Shown here piece after piece: positions 1 through 12,029 of a stretch of 64,000 nucleotides of DNA (position 1 is the stretch's first letter; each line of letters starts with the position of its first letter). Source of the DNA: Oculina patagonica (lineage: Eukaryota); NCBI RefSeq assembly GCF_052425735.1, contig NC_135765.1, positions 32,674,001 through 32,738,000 of the forward strand, in the 5' to 3' direction. The position numbers and the translations under genes were made by a program. Under the pieces are notes generated by a model that saw only the letters and a program-made list of their open reading frames with translations, searched no databases and was not told where the DNA came from.

Positions 1-171
1 TGGATCCGCCCCAGCTAAGATTAGGTGGTCCTAAAACAAGGTTAATGTGCAAGCTTCGTGTAAACCTTGTGCATGCTCAACAAATTTTTGACATGTTTCA
101 TGCAGAGCCCTTTCTTGTCAAGAGAGTATATTAGTGGGAAATTGAGGACTGTGCTCGCACGGTGCATTAAT

Positions 172-1422
172 CCCGGCATAATCAATCGAACGTTCGAAAA
201 TCGAACTCAATCGAACTCAATCCGTGGATTGAGTTCGATTGAGTTCGGCAATCGAACGAAATCGAACACCAGACTTTCAGTGAGTTCGATTTCCGAACAA
301 ATCGAATTCAATCGAACAAATCGAACTCAATCGAACTCAATCCATCTGATTGTGTTCGATTGAGTTCGGTTTCCGAACTCAATCGAACACAATTAAATGG
401 CTTGCGTTCGATTGGCTCTGGTAAACCAATACAAAGCAAGCCCAACAAAGCAGGTTTTTCTCGTGCTCTTTTTACAATTTATTTCCCATTTATAAACTGT
501 CCAAGAGAACAGAACAGAACAGAATAAAGCTATCATTATCCCGCGGGCGTATTCCGAAATTGTTGTACCCTTTCCTTTTTAGCTAACTTACAATTGCGGC
601 AAGACAACTCGAAGGGTTACTTTTATGCAAAAGTACAAGCAAATTACTAACTGCGACACAGGAAACGGCACACAGTAGATGGATGATTATGAAAAATATC
701 TTACTAACAATAAATATGATTCTCTCAAATTCATCTCGGACAATTAACAGTGACCAAGAGAGTAAGAGGTGAACGAGCGTCAGTGTACCCGGCGGCAGTA
801 TATTGGATGTATGGGAGCATTATATAATCACTGACATGATAGAAGGGATAAATAGTAAATGCAACAGTAAAATTATTTTTGTCCTCAAGTCAAAATCAAA
901 GTAAATGATCAGATGTTCGTGTACATTTATTTCTTGAGTGTCAAGAGTTGTCTGTTGTCTTGCCCCGCGAAGGTGACCTAATTGTTCGCGCTTGTTTACA
1001 ATTCGGAATGCACGGTCTTTCTCGCCTTTTTTCTTTCAAACGTTGAAAACTTCGCCATCCTTTACGTCAAAGCGGCATTCCTGGTAGCCTTTAATACACA
1101 TTTGAAGCTTACAATCCACAGCGCATCTGAAGCCATTTCTGCGGTATTTCTTCGTTTACGAAAAACACGTGCGCTACACTCCGGGCTGAAGTAACTCTAG
1201 CTTCCAAGTTCTGGTTATGGATTTTCAATGCCTGCTTTACACAAATCATGAGTTCGAAAATCGAACGTTCGATTGGGTTCGATTGATTTTTTTTCTTTTC
1301 GGTGAGTTCGATTTCGTTCGATTGCCGAACTCAATCGAACCCAATCCATGAATTGAGTTCGATTGGGTTCGATTGAGTTCGATTGAAATTTAGTTCGATT
1401 GGGTTCGATTGACTATGCCGGG
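172..1422. mobile_element. Non-autonomous TIR DNA transposon, unclassified, 6-bp TSD
   Basis: Ends CCCGGCATA...TATGCCGGG; many subterminal AATCGAAC repeats, inverted at the two ends; ATTAAT directly repeated at 166-171 and 1423-1428; no ORF. Confidence 0.8.
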
Positions 1423-2591
1423 ATTAATGCAAGCTGTAAAGCTGCAGTTGAAAGCTTAAGCCTACCAATTAAACTGTATATTGGAACTTATATCTTACGT
1501 GTCAGCTATATTTTAACAGCAAAGTCTCGGGGGAGCCTCAAAATCATTAAGAGTTTAATTGAAAAATGAAAAACTTAACTCAGTCCTCGCGAAAGAATCA
1601 TCAAAACACCTGCTGATAGCGGAATAATTTATATTGTAGCGTAGTTTAATTAAAGAGAGCAAAAATTTTACAAAATTGCAGTAAATTCTGCAGATTCCTT
1701 TGCAAATATCTAAAACGTAGGGTTTATTACCAAATGGAAATCTTAATTAAGCTTTTTACGCATTTCTAGCTCAAAGCTTATTACTAATTTAGCAAGCAAT
1801 GAACTTTGTTGCTGTGTTAACTTTAACACGTTAGGGACGTTTGCTTTGACACGCATGCATAATTTCTTTGAAATTAAACTTACAGCATTGCAGATACCCA
1901 AGAGCTTTCCATTTGTTTCCGCTGTTCGTGCCAACTGCTAAGCGTTGAAATTCAAGGTTTTCCGAGAGCAGATTATCCTTGTCAGTTTCGCGTTCCACCA
2001 CATCATCCTCGTCCTCCATGTTTTGACGGTGTGCAGGGTGTTGTGGGAAATAACAACAAAATTCCCTACTGGGTAGGGCAGGGGATACGGAACTTGTATC
2101 GCCTTTCAACGAACCCAGAACGAACCAAACAATTTTATAGGAATTTCTACTAAAAGTAGACTTTTGGGTATAGAAAAATCGTTACATGGGAAAGTGACAA
2201 AGCAGAAGTTCATAGCCACTAACTTCTGCTGTATTTACATGCAGTCCAGCATCTGATCGGAATGAACCAATGAAAAAACAGCAGCCCATCGAAAACAAAA
2301 TTTTATTGACAAGTCAGAATTTGGCGTTCAAATAAATTACAAGTTTTGTTTGACAAGCTTTTATAAATTTCCCCCTACAATCAAACGATAAAAAAATACC
2401 TTATTAGCGGCAGTGATACTCTTTGACATCGTTTGTCCCGTTAGACAGTAAATATAGGTTTTCAGAGGCGTCCTTTAAACTAAAATCGTAGCTTTTTTGA
2501 CTCTAATAAAGCGAAGTGCTTGCTCAATTTTGTGGTCTGGTATTTTTTTACACCAAACTGAAGGCAAAAAATCGTTATTAATGGGTGCATT

Positions 2592-2870
2592 TATTCGATT
2601 TATGTGATTATAAGACAATGTACGAGAATACCTTTGAAAATTGCTCTAAATAGTACTTGTATGAAAGATTTGAATAAAAATGTCTTACCTTATGTTTATC
2701 TTGCGAGTTTTTCTAGGGGAAGCACAACGTCGGAAAGAAAAACTCGTAACGCAAGATAAACATAAGGTAAGACATTTTTATTCAAATCTTTCATACAAGT
2801 ACTATTTAGAGCAATTTTCAAAGTATTCTCATACATTGTCTTTATTAAATATAATCACATAAATCGAATA
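2592..2870. repeat. Foldback (near-perfect ~120-bp inverted repeat), MITE-like
   Basis: TATTCGATTTATGTGATTATA at 2592 is the reverse complement of TATAATCACATAAATCGAATA ending at 2870; the arms pair almost to the centre. Confidence 0.8.
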
Positions 2871-4046
2871 CAACGTCTGGGCCGCCTGTGAGGACACCGG
2901 CTTTCCCACGATTGCTTCCTTTATTTATTATCCCTTTTCTTTCAGTTTCCTTTGCCACGCACTGTAATAAATAAAAGAATCTGAGAGAAATAAAGGAAAA
3001 GAGTCAAAAGGGGGCGAGTCCTCGTACGTGGACCTTTTGACTTGTTTCTAGTTCTCTGAAAAATATCTCAGATCAACATTTTTATTTGCACGTCCCAAGC
3101 CGCAATTCCAATTGTTCAGTGAAAAATCCGAAAACAGGGTTTTTGGGAACTCGTAAATTCCTGACAAGTTGCCCTAGTTATGCCATGCGCGCGAGCAAGT
3201 AATACTGGGTCACCATAAAATAATTTGTTTTGCTGAGCAGGCTCCCTGCAAAAAAAAAAAACATTGGCACGCCATGTTTGAACAAGTGGACTGTCAAAGA
3301 AAAATTTTCCATGTTTTGTTTTAAAAACTCGTGTACAAACTCAACTTAAGGTCGCGCAGGACCCTTGAAATCATATGTATGTATTTATTTAAAGAGTATG
3401 CACGAACTGCGACGACTGAAGCCGACAACAAACGAAATATTCATGAGAATTTTTTTTCTCAGAGTTCTTTCTACAAGTAATTACACGGTATTGTTCTCAG
3501 CCTCGCATCCCGTGCGCTGGAACATAGCGAATTATCATAATTAGATTCACAGCTTTAAATAAAGCACACGTTGTTGTAAACATCGACTCGGAAGGTCTTC
3601 GGAAGCCTCAAAACATGCAATTTTGTGTCCAAGTTTTCTCCGCCGATATAGAATTTCAAGAGTTGATTCGCGAGGAACATAAACTCGGTGTACTCTATTG
3701 TGTTCTGGCTAGAGCGAATTTTTTAATTTCCTTCTCAAAATGAAGATAGCATGTTTCAAAGTTTAGATTTCACATTTTTACTCTCTTAGAAGCCATTAAC
3801 TTGTAGCAGTTTTTGAAATCGAAAATTTCGTTCTAGTGGGAACACAAAAGAAGTTACGATTTATCACTAGGCTATATAATCATTTAATTTGGTGCGCTGT
3901 GCTAGCTGAAAACTTAAAATCGCATTATCTTCAGTTAAACTTTTAAGGGCTTGTAACATCACAGACAACGGTCATCTCTCAGTAAAAGGACAATCATGAT
4001 GTAATTCCATCATCCCTGGGTATCCTTATTAAATTTTAGAGGAATC

Positions 4047-6323
4047 GTTTACCATTCTCACTCATTAATTATGCCGCTCATTGTCCGGCGTGGATAAGAT
4101 ATGGGAAAAGATTGTGGCCGAGGCAATGAGCGACTGGGTGAGAAAGCACTATAGCTGTGTATTACGTCGCCGAAGGGGAGGTGGGAGGGTCGAAAATTTG
4201 TTCGGACTTCCCGGCTTGCGTATCTCTTTCGAAATGTCCCGAAACTAAGCAAAGAGATCTTTAAATACCGCGATTGTGCACATGCTGATTAGGCATTACA
4301 TAATACAACTATCTATAAACAAACAGGGTTATGTAATCCACGCACTTGTGAATTCCGCGTCATAATTATGAATGAGAATAGTTTACCATTCTCACTCATT
4401 AATTATGCCGCTCATTGTCCGGCGTGGATAAGATATGGGAAAAGATTGTGGCCTACGGCTGCTCACGCACCTTGCTGCTTCAGTATAAACGCCAAAAGAT
4501 CTCCGCATTTACAGGAAATAATCCACAAAATACACCTTCTCCCCAAAACTCAGAAAACCCCTCAAACCCCAACCGGTATATCCAACCACGAGAGAGGCCC
4601 AACCCAGCTAGTGGGGTTACTTCCCTATACCATATCATAGCATGTATTTAGATCGTGGCTTATAATGAGAGTGAAGTTAAGAGTAAAGAAAACGCCAAGA
4701 CCTAAGGCGGACAGAATAACACCAGTGATGTCTGCCGAGAAAGGAAAACGTAAGACAAAAACGAAAAAAGAACAAAGGGAAAAACCCCACTAGCCAAGCC
4801 GGACCAGGAATCCGTCGTAAACGGATTATAGGGTGTAAATTAGAATACCCTTCTGATCGCGACAAGGCCAGTGGAGGGGGTGGACTGACTATTTTTTTTT
4901 ATTATTTTAAAATGACATAATATTTTGAATTGTTAAAATTCTAGCTAGGGGAGAAGTAAAGGATAAACATAACTCCCGTATAACCCAGGTTGTAGCGTCT
5001 AAACGTGGATAAAATGCTTAACTCCGTGCATAAAAACGGCCGACCGGCGAGCTTTTAATAATTACAAACTAAACCTACAGAAATATACAATTGTCTATTT
5101 AAAGTTCCGCACTGGGATGTGTTAGGTAACAAACCTAACGTTAGCCCAACGTTTTAACACTTTAACCTAAGCTCATTAACACTCAAACAGCAGTAAGCTC
5201 TTAAACAAAAGTCCACACAACTACTGTATTTTTCTTGACATGAAAGCTTATCAATTCCAGACCGATAAACCAAAACAAAGCACCTAACACAACAACACTT
5301 AAAAGGACCGACACATGACTGTTGCCAAATACCCTCGATACCCAATTAAAACTTTAAACAAAGACGACGCATGGCTCTTGCCAACTTAGCTCGACACACG
5401 AGCACACTTGAGACCAAAACCGTAACACGTCGTGAAACAAATTGTGCTCAACAAAGGAGCGAACATAGCTATAGCCGACACACGGCATGTTCCAATTTCT
5501 ACTCGACACACGAGCGAACGTTTTAGCTACAACCAACAGACAGCATCTGCCAATTTCTGCTCGACATACGAGCGAACGTTTTAGCTATAACAGCCGACAC
5601 ACGGCGTCTGCCAATCTCTGCTCGACACACGAGCGACGGAACGTTTTAGCTATTACAGCCGACACACGGCGTCTGCCAATCTCTGCTCGACACACGAGCG
5701 ACGGAACGTTTTAGCTATTACAGCCGACAAACGGCAGCTGCCAATTTCTGCTCGACACACGAGCGAACGTAAGCTACTACAGCCAACACACGGCGTCTGC
5801 CAATCTCTGCTCGACACACGAGCGAACGTAAACTACTAAAGCCGTAATAAACGGGGTCCGCTAATAAATTGCCATAAACAGAACTAGATATAAAGCACAC
5901 TACGCGATAAACAAACGAGATAGCAAGCGAAAAGAAAGCAAATAAATGTTTTAAAATACCGAGTAATTGTTGTGTACGTTGTCCCGCTTCCCCGGAATGC
6001 TGTGGAACTGGAAAAGCGGCAGAGGCTGGATATAAGCTGAAAAAAAGTGTAAGTCCTGTAGTTTTTATAGCAGCAGCAGGGTAGGTACAGCCATTTACTT
6101 GCTTGGGCTTCGGCGACGTACGGCGAGAGTATAAGAAAATTCGTCCGGACTTCCCGGCTTGCGTATCTCTTTCGAAATGTCCCGAAACTAAGCAAAGAGA
6201 TCTTTAAATACCGCGATTGTGCACATGCTGATTAGGCATTACATAATACAACTATCTATAAACAAACAGGGTTATGTAATCCACGCACTTGTGAATTCCG
6301 CGTCATAATTATGAATGAGAATA
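4047..6323 (-). mobile_element. Non-autonomous split-direct-repeat (Ngaro/PAT-type, DIRS order) retroelement
   Basis: Minus-strand order A1 (6323-6135), internal, B1 (4453-4381), A2 (4380-4192), 72-bp spacer, B2 (4119-4047). A=189 bp, B=73 bp, copies essentially identical. No TSD; no RT/YR ORF. Confidence 0.8.
5370..5845. repeat. Minisatellite, ~8 units of 55-65 bp, each with hairpins bearing ACACA loops
   Basis: GCTCG-ACACA-CGAGC motif (or variant) at 5389, 5446, 5501, 5559, 5620, 5685, 5750, 5809; GCCG-ACACA-CGGC or a variant between most of them. Confidence 0.9.
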
Positions 6324-6424
6324 GATATTCAAAATGTAGTGAATTAAAGCTTTACAAGACAGCACTCCAACAAGAAATTTGGCTAATGAATATATTAATG
6401 AGCAAGGGTCCTGCGCGACCTTGA

Positions 6425-7355
6425 GGTCGCGGGGGATACCAACAGCATGAATAAATTCATGAAGGGAAATTTTTGCTTGACCTGCATCTTTTAAAACGCT
6501 TATTTCTCAGCTATTATGGGTGCGATTAAGCTCAAATTTTACAGAGACATAAAGAAATGACGAAAGATTGTGAATGTCATCTTTTATTTGGTAGATTGCA
6601 TTTAACGGCGATGTTATAGCCTCGTTAGGGCCAAATTGGGAAAAACATGATTTTGTGGCAGAGTTTGCGGAACGAGTAGGAGACAGCACACTGTGATCTT
6701 GTCAAAAACTTATCAGTCAATACCTCTAGAGTGTCATAACAGAAGCGGATTTTTTAAGGTATGGCGGTTTAAGTGCGCAAATTTGAATTTAATGTCTTCT
6801 ACCTCTTTCTAAGTGCGCTCTTTTAAAATTCCGCTTCTGTTATGACACACTACAGTATTCATAGTTTACCTATCTGCAGTGGCAAGTTATGAAATTCTGT
6901 ATCCGTGCTGTATTCTCTGCCACAAAATTGTCGGAAAAGTCCAAACTTTGAGATTTCCGAAGGTGTCCCGACCTAAATACGATCATTTTGCCAAGGAGAG
7001 ATGTAATTATGGTAATATATTCCACGCTTTTATGGTGAGAACAATGCGTTTTTAAAAAGGACACGATTGTTTATGCCGAATATTTTTGTGATTACTCTGA
7101 GTTGCAGAAATATTCAAATTTAAATAAAAATAAGCTCGAAGATTTCTTACAATCTATATGAACGTACATCGCTAAGTGTTGTTTTAAATTGGTTAAAATA
7201 TCAAAGAAACAGGGATTTTTTACAAATCACGCGCACGCGCCCATATTTTTGTCCAGTCATAAATATCTCGTAAAGTTGTCGATGTCAGTCGTTGTACTTC
7301 GTGCATACGCTTTAAATAAATGCATAATGATGAGCCTAAGGCGTCCCCCGCGACC
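6425..7355. mobile_element. Kolobok-like MITE, copy 1
   Basis: TIR GGTCGCGGGGGA / TCCCCCGCGACC; flanks TTGA and TTAA; closely related inverted copy at 14505-15451. Confidence 0.8.
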
Positions 7356-8134
7356 TTAACTGTAATATTCAACTTGTCGAAAACTTTGGCTGTGGTTTGA
7401 AAACACATTTCACAGCACGTGCCTCGTGTGCACTATGACCTTTGGTAATGGTATGAGAGTGGTGTGATGGTGGTGTGATCGGCTATGTGTGGGGGCGGGA
7501 ACCAAACTCTTTTGCAATGCAAGCGGGAAAAAGTGAATTAAAATGCAAACAAATTTTACAAACGTCCACGAAACAAGAGATTTTGTAAAATTTCTTTCAA
7601 ATCTGATGGAATTTTAGGTCACAGACAAAATACGGATCAATTTGTTTCAGAAAAGGCAAAATTAGAATGTCGGGCGGGCCGAAACGGTCACGTAAAGTAT
7701 TGCGTGATTGAGGAGTCAGACAACAAGCTCATTTACAAAAACTGTTTTAATTTTCCAAATAAATTTACATTTTGTAGTTGTATATGATTCTTATAATTTC
7801 AAAGTTACTTTTCTTTACGTAAAACAAAATCAATAACGTGGAAATGATAGTTTTCGATTTTAACTGTATCGCAAGTTGCATAATCATGATCTTATTTATG
7901 TATTTGACTATTCTTTATTTATAATGTTCAGTACGTAGCACTGTATTAAATCACACTCTGCTTCGCTGAAATCTTCACCAAAACTTAAGAATTATATTTA
8001 AAATTAACAGTCTATGCATGTAGTTAGCCAAGGTCCACTTTTTTTAGTTCACATGTCGAGGCAGCGTCAGAAATTGAAATCAGTTTCAAATGTTACGAGT
8101 TTCGATTCGCTCGATGCAACCATCGAACACTTAA

Positions 8135-8602
8135 TCACTCAGCGATTTTCGCTGGGAATTGGAAACAAAAAACGTCGTTGTTGTCTGGGAGTTTGAAGTC
8201 CATCTGTGCAACGAGCTCTGTATCAGGAAATACTTTCTGTATGGCCAGGGTAATGATCAAGGTGTATTCTTGCCCAGCTTTCAGGGGACACTTAAGATTG
8301 TGGCCTGTGCAAGCTTTTGGCTGAGGCAACGGAAATTTCACACGGAATCCTCCAATAATCCCGTAAGTCTCCAGGGTTCCATTCGTGACTGTAACGGACG
8401 GAGTAAACTTGATTTTAGCAGTAACATTGGTTCCTTTGTGGAAAACGCACGGTAGTTCTGGACAAGGATTGATATCCACCGAGGACAGCTTTCCGTACTC
8501 CTTAACGTCCTTACAGGGTTTGTATTCGACAGGGACTGTCAAAGCGCTAGAAAACGCCAAGAGACTTAAGAACAGGATGACTGTTGCTTTGTAAACGGCC
8601 AT
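8135..8602 (-). CDS. NPC2: NPC intracellular cholesterol transporter 2 (ML domain), intronless, 155 aa
   Basis: Signal peptide MAVYKATVILFLSLLAFSSA; six ML-domain cysteines (KPC, INPC, LPC, KAC, LKCP, VFCF); motifs PCVFHKGTN, FPLPQPKAC, CPLKAG. ATG at 8602 preferred over the upstream ORF start at 8728. Confidence 0.95.
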   Translation of the reverse strand: MAVYKATVILFLSLLAFSSALTVPVEYKPCKDVKEYGKLSSVDINPCPELPCVFHKGTNVTAKIKFTPSVTVTNGTLETYGIIGGFRVKFPLPQPKACTGHNLKCPLKAGQEYTLIITLAIQKVFPDTELVAQMDFKLPDNNDVFCFQFPAKIAE

Positions 8603-8732
8603 GTTGCCCGTCTTTTTGCACGTCTGAACAGCTTGCTGTCCGAGGGCAATATGAATGTTCTTCAGGCGTAATTTAAAAATGTACAAAGTCCTTGCGTGAT
8701 ATCCCGTTACCAGTTTGCTGCTATGCATAATG

Positions 8733-8760
8733 CCATATAAGGCAAGGAGGAAGTGAAAAC
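8733..8760. promoter_or_regulatory. CArG box plus ETS/ETS-IRF-like motif upstream of NPC2 copy 1
   Basis: CCATATAAGG (CC[A/T]6GG) at 8733-8742 and AGGAAGTGAAAAC at 8748-8760; identical block at 13731-13758 in copy 2. Confidence 0.4.
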
Positions 8761-9065
8761 GACTGACGAGTAAACCACTGCACTATATGATTGTTACACA
8801 ACGTACCGTATCAAAGGTCCTGTTCACACTTATTCGGATAAAATGTTTTTCGTCCACACCATCGTTTTCGTATCGTTTTCAATAATTTCGCCGTCCACAC
8901 TAATCCGGATAAATCTCAAAACGAAACGCGGCATCGACCCCAGATCAATAGTAGAGCATGCGTATATTACTCGAGCACCCACTACAGACCTACATGTATC
9001 TAAATTCAAATTAGGGAGTTTAAGGTTTTTGTCGACGCTGGGGATAGCTTTTAGCCGGCGTTTTC

Positions 9066-9289
9066 CATTTTAACTTCAAGTGGAAGATATTTTCTTTGCT
9101 GCGGTTGATGATTGTATTCCAAAATACAGACAAAAGAAAATCACAGCGCCCTGGATAACCAAGGATCTCATCAAACTCAGTCGGAAGAAAAAGAACCTGT
9201 ACAAAAGAGCAAAAAAGTCGAGGACCTCATGGTCCTCCTTTTCAAATATTATTTGTATTCTGTATTTGAATAAAGTATTATTATTATTC
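9066..9289 (+). mobile_element. CR1/L2-like LINE ORF2 fragment plus AATAAA-(TAT)n tail
   Basis: Translates DIFFAAVDDCIPKYRQKKITAPWITKDLIKLSRKKKNLYKRAKKS, typical of the endonuclease-RT linker; absent at the matching site of unit 2 (GGCGTTTTC|AAATTTCTCC, ~14111). Confidence 0.7.
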
Positions 9290-9815
9290 AAATTTCTCCA
9301 CACTGCAGACGGTTTACGAAAGCTCCGTTTTCGGTGACTAAAAACGTCGTTCTAGTGTGGACGATTTGCCAAACCGAAGGAAAAAAAGATGCGTTTTCAA
9401 ATTTTTTCGGATTACCCCACGGCCTAAATGGCCCTCGCCAAGGTCAACCTGGAAGTGAGCGCGTGAGGTTTGATACAGCAAGGTGCAGCGTTGCGATTCA
9501 AAGGGAAAAACTTTTTTGAGCAGGGTAAAGTGTACTTTCGTGATCTGTGAAAAATTGGCGCGCATAACTCAGCAAGGTTTACTGACAGAGTCTATAATTA
9601 AAAATATCAAAGATGAGTAAACGAAGGCAAACGAGCTTAGTTGTATTCTGTAGAAGTGCATCCTCAGCCTTCTGTAAGACTTATCCCTGAAGTCATGTGA
9701 AAAAAATAATAAAACCGTCGTACAGTAAAAAAAAGTTTCCTCAGCGCGCGCGCTCGATGCATGATGCATTTCAGTCATCAGTACTGACTCTCGAGGGGGT
9801 GGCCAATTTCTCCTA

Positions 9816-9823
9816 TCATCATT

Positions 9824-9855
<32 letters not shown>

Positions 9856-9856
9856 G
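9816..9856. repeat. (CAT)n microsatellite
   Basis: Run of CAT trinucleotides. Confidence 0.9.
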
Positions 9857-11674
9857 CCCATTATTTATATACGATAAATTTTAAAAAGCACAATGCTTGG
9901 GGGTGATGTACTATTAACCACCCAAACTGAACCATATTTCAGCATTGCCACAAAACTTTATTTTATATTAAGCTAAAACCGTCCTTTCCGCCATACAGCG
10001 CCGAAGATTATCGCTGGGTACGAGGTTGGAAATTCACGAGGACGGCTAAAGCGCTAGCCGTGAGAATATTGTGTGGGCGCGTATATTAATTCAGTAGATC
10101 GCGGGCTATATTTACCTTTTAACAAATGTAGATAATTTATGCGCAACAAACCGGGAGACGACACTTTCGCTCGTTAAATGTTTCAAAAGCGGTACAATTA
10201 TATCTCTCAGAAGCATATGCTTCTGTATCTCTACACTTCAACTAAAGAAGATAAAACCTTACAGATTCTTAGCGTTTAAAGTGGAATTTAGAATTTCCAC
10301 CGAGCCATCGACATCACTTGATTATTTTAATTGTTGGTGTATTTCGCCCAGTATTTAATTTATAAGTGTTCTGTTTAAATGTTTAGTTTCCTTTAAAAGT
10401 GTAATACTACTTTTAGTACTGTATTAATTATTCAATTACTATTAATCCATTGTAAAAAAAAAGAAAAAAATACGAGCCGCGTAAAATTGCCCTGGTGCGA
10501 ATTGAAGCGGTTCTCGAACGAGTGTTCATTTTGTAGGACATAATCCGCTCGAATTTCAAGTGACTACTCTCAAAACTTAAATTTTTTTTTGAGAAATTAC
10601 TTGTAGAAAATCTTCATGCTAGGGAAAATGGCGATTTGGACAACTTGTACATGAACAATATATCATTCACAGCGCATTGAAGGCAACGGAAATGAACCAA
10701 CGATCAATAATCCTTGAAAAGACGAACCTCCCAACCGACTAATGACACCCCAAGCACGGAAGGTTTTGTCGGAATAAACAGAACTCATTTTTAAATATTT
10801 TACTTCATGGTATTCCTATGTAACTTGTATTTTTCAGTAGCAACAAAAACTGTCAAGTAAGCCCTTGCAGTGCAGTGCAAATTCTATCAACGACAGTGGT
10901 TAGAAAGTCATGGCAGCTGTCTCGTTTGTTTTGGACTGTTCTTCATTAGCAAGAATAAAGAACACCATGGTCTCAATACAGCTGGTCAAGTGTTAGGTGT
11001 CCAGCAAAGACGCGTTTTTATCGCGGAAAAGATTGTTTAATCTTTTTGGCAAGCTTCAATGTTTGTTTGCGTTTACAACGTGATCGATTTTGCCAAGTTA
11101 ATTACGGCTCGAACATGTACAAATGTTCAAGTGTAGTTAGTTGAATACAAGATCATTTGTGCTTTTTAATTTTCCATTCAATGATAGAACAACAGATGAT
11201 TTAATTAAGCATTAAATGTAAACTTCCACGAGCGCAAGCTTTTAATTTATACAAAATTTCCATTTCTCCTACGTAATACACTTTTTTTTATACAAATTTG
11301 CCGACCCCGTGGGCTTCTCTAAGATGACCAGAAGCACCACTCTCGTTCAAAAGAAATCATTGTGTGCTTTCGCCACATATATACATATGTTTTGCTTTTC
11401 ACCGCCAATCCGCTTTACGTTTCTCTTCTGTAGGCATGTTATTCGAGAGAACTGATTCAGTAAACGTCTAAATAAACTGGCCACGGTGAAATGCAAATGG
11501 AATTTGAGGTTTTGCTCGATCGAAATTTCAATACAGTCGAAACTCTCTCTTAAGGACAACTCCATACTAGTTACGGACAGTTTTCTTGTTCACAGAGAAA
11601 CCAAAGTTCATATATATAATCTCAATCTCTATAATACGGACACTTTGGCTCTTCACCTATACTGTTCATATTAA

Positions 11675-12029
11675 AGGTACTGTGTCACGGATTTTTGCCA
11701 AATTTAGGCATCAAATTAGGTGAAATATAAAAATAATCTCTTAAAACTGTGAAGGAACATTTCAATAACACAGCAAATACAAAAGAAGGTACGGATGGCC
11801 AAAAGTGGCGAAGATTGAAACGGATTGCAAAATGGGTTTTTGAAATATTGTTGGGCTGAACAGTTTTCAAAGTTAGTCTCGTTTGCTTGTAACTTTCAAT
11901 TGTAACGCCCGGGAGACACATTTGATTCTGCAATGAAGCTATGGTTTTGTCATTTGGATCCACAGGAGTAATCTCTTTGCAAACATTAAATTTCATGGCA
12001 AGTATTTGGCAAAACTTGACACAGTCCCT
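11675..12029. mobile_element. Kolobok-like MITE (duplicated at 21628-21980)
   Basis: TTAA|AGGTACTGTGTCA ... TGACACAGTCCCT|TTAA. Confidence 0.75.

Larger units (their letters stand above)
3350..6420. mobile_element. Kolobok-like non-autonomous element interrupted by the split-repeat element
   Basis: TIR GGTCGCGCAGGACCCTTG / CAAGGGTCCTGCGCGACC; flanks TTAA (3346-3349) and TTGA (6421-6424). RR..YY termini with TTAA fit Kolobok. Confidence 0.7.

Noticed and set aside
1743-2109. Overlapping short minus-strand ORFs as a gene
   Set aside because: No recognisable motifs or splice-consistent model.
5370-5845. CRISPR array
   Set aside because: Intervening segments are near-copies of each other rather than unique spacers; no cas genes; eukaryotic context.
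8603-8728. 42-aa N-terminal extension of NPC2
   Set aside because: It precedes a normal signal peptide and its frame is not conserved in copy 2.
9697-9906. His-rich ORF
   Set aside because: Translation of a (CAT)n microsatellite.
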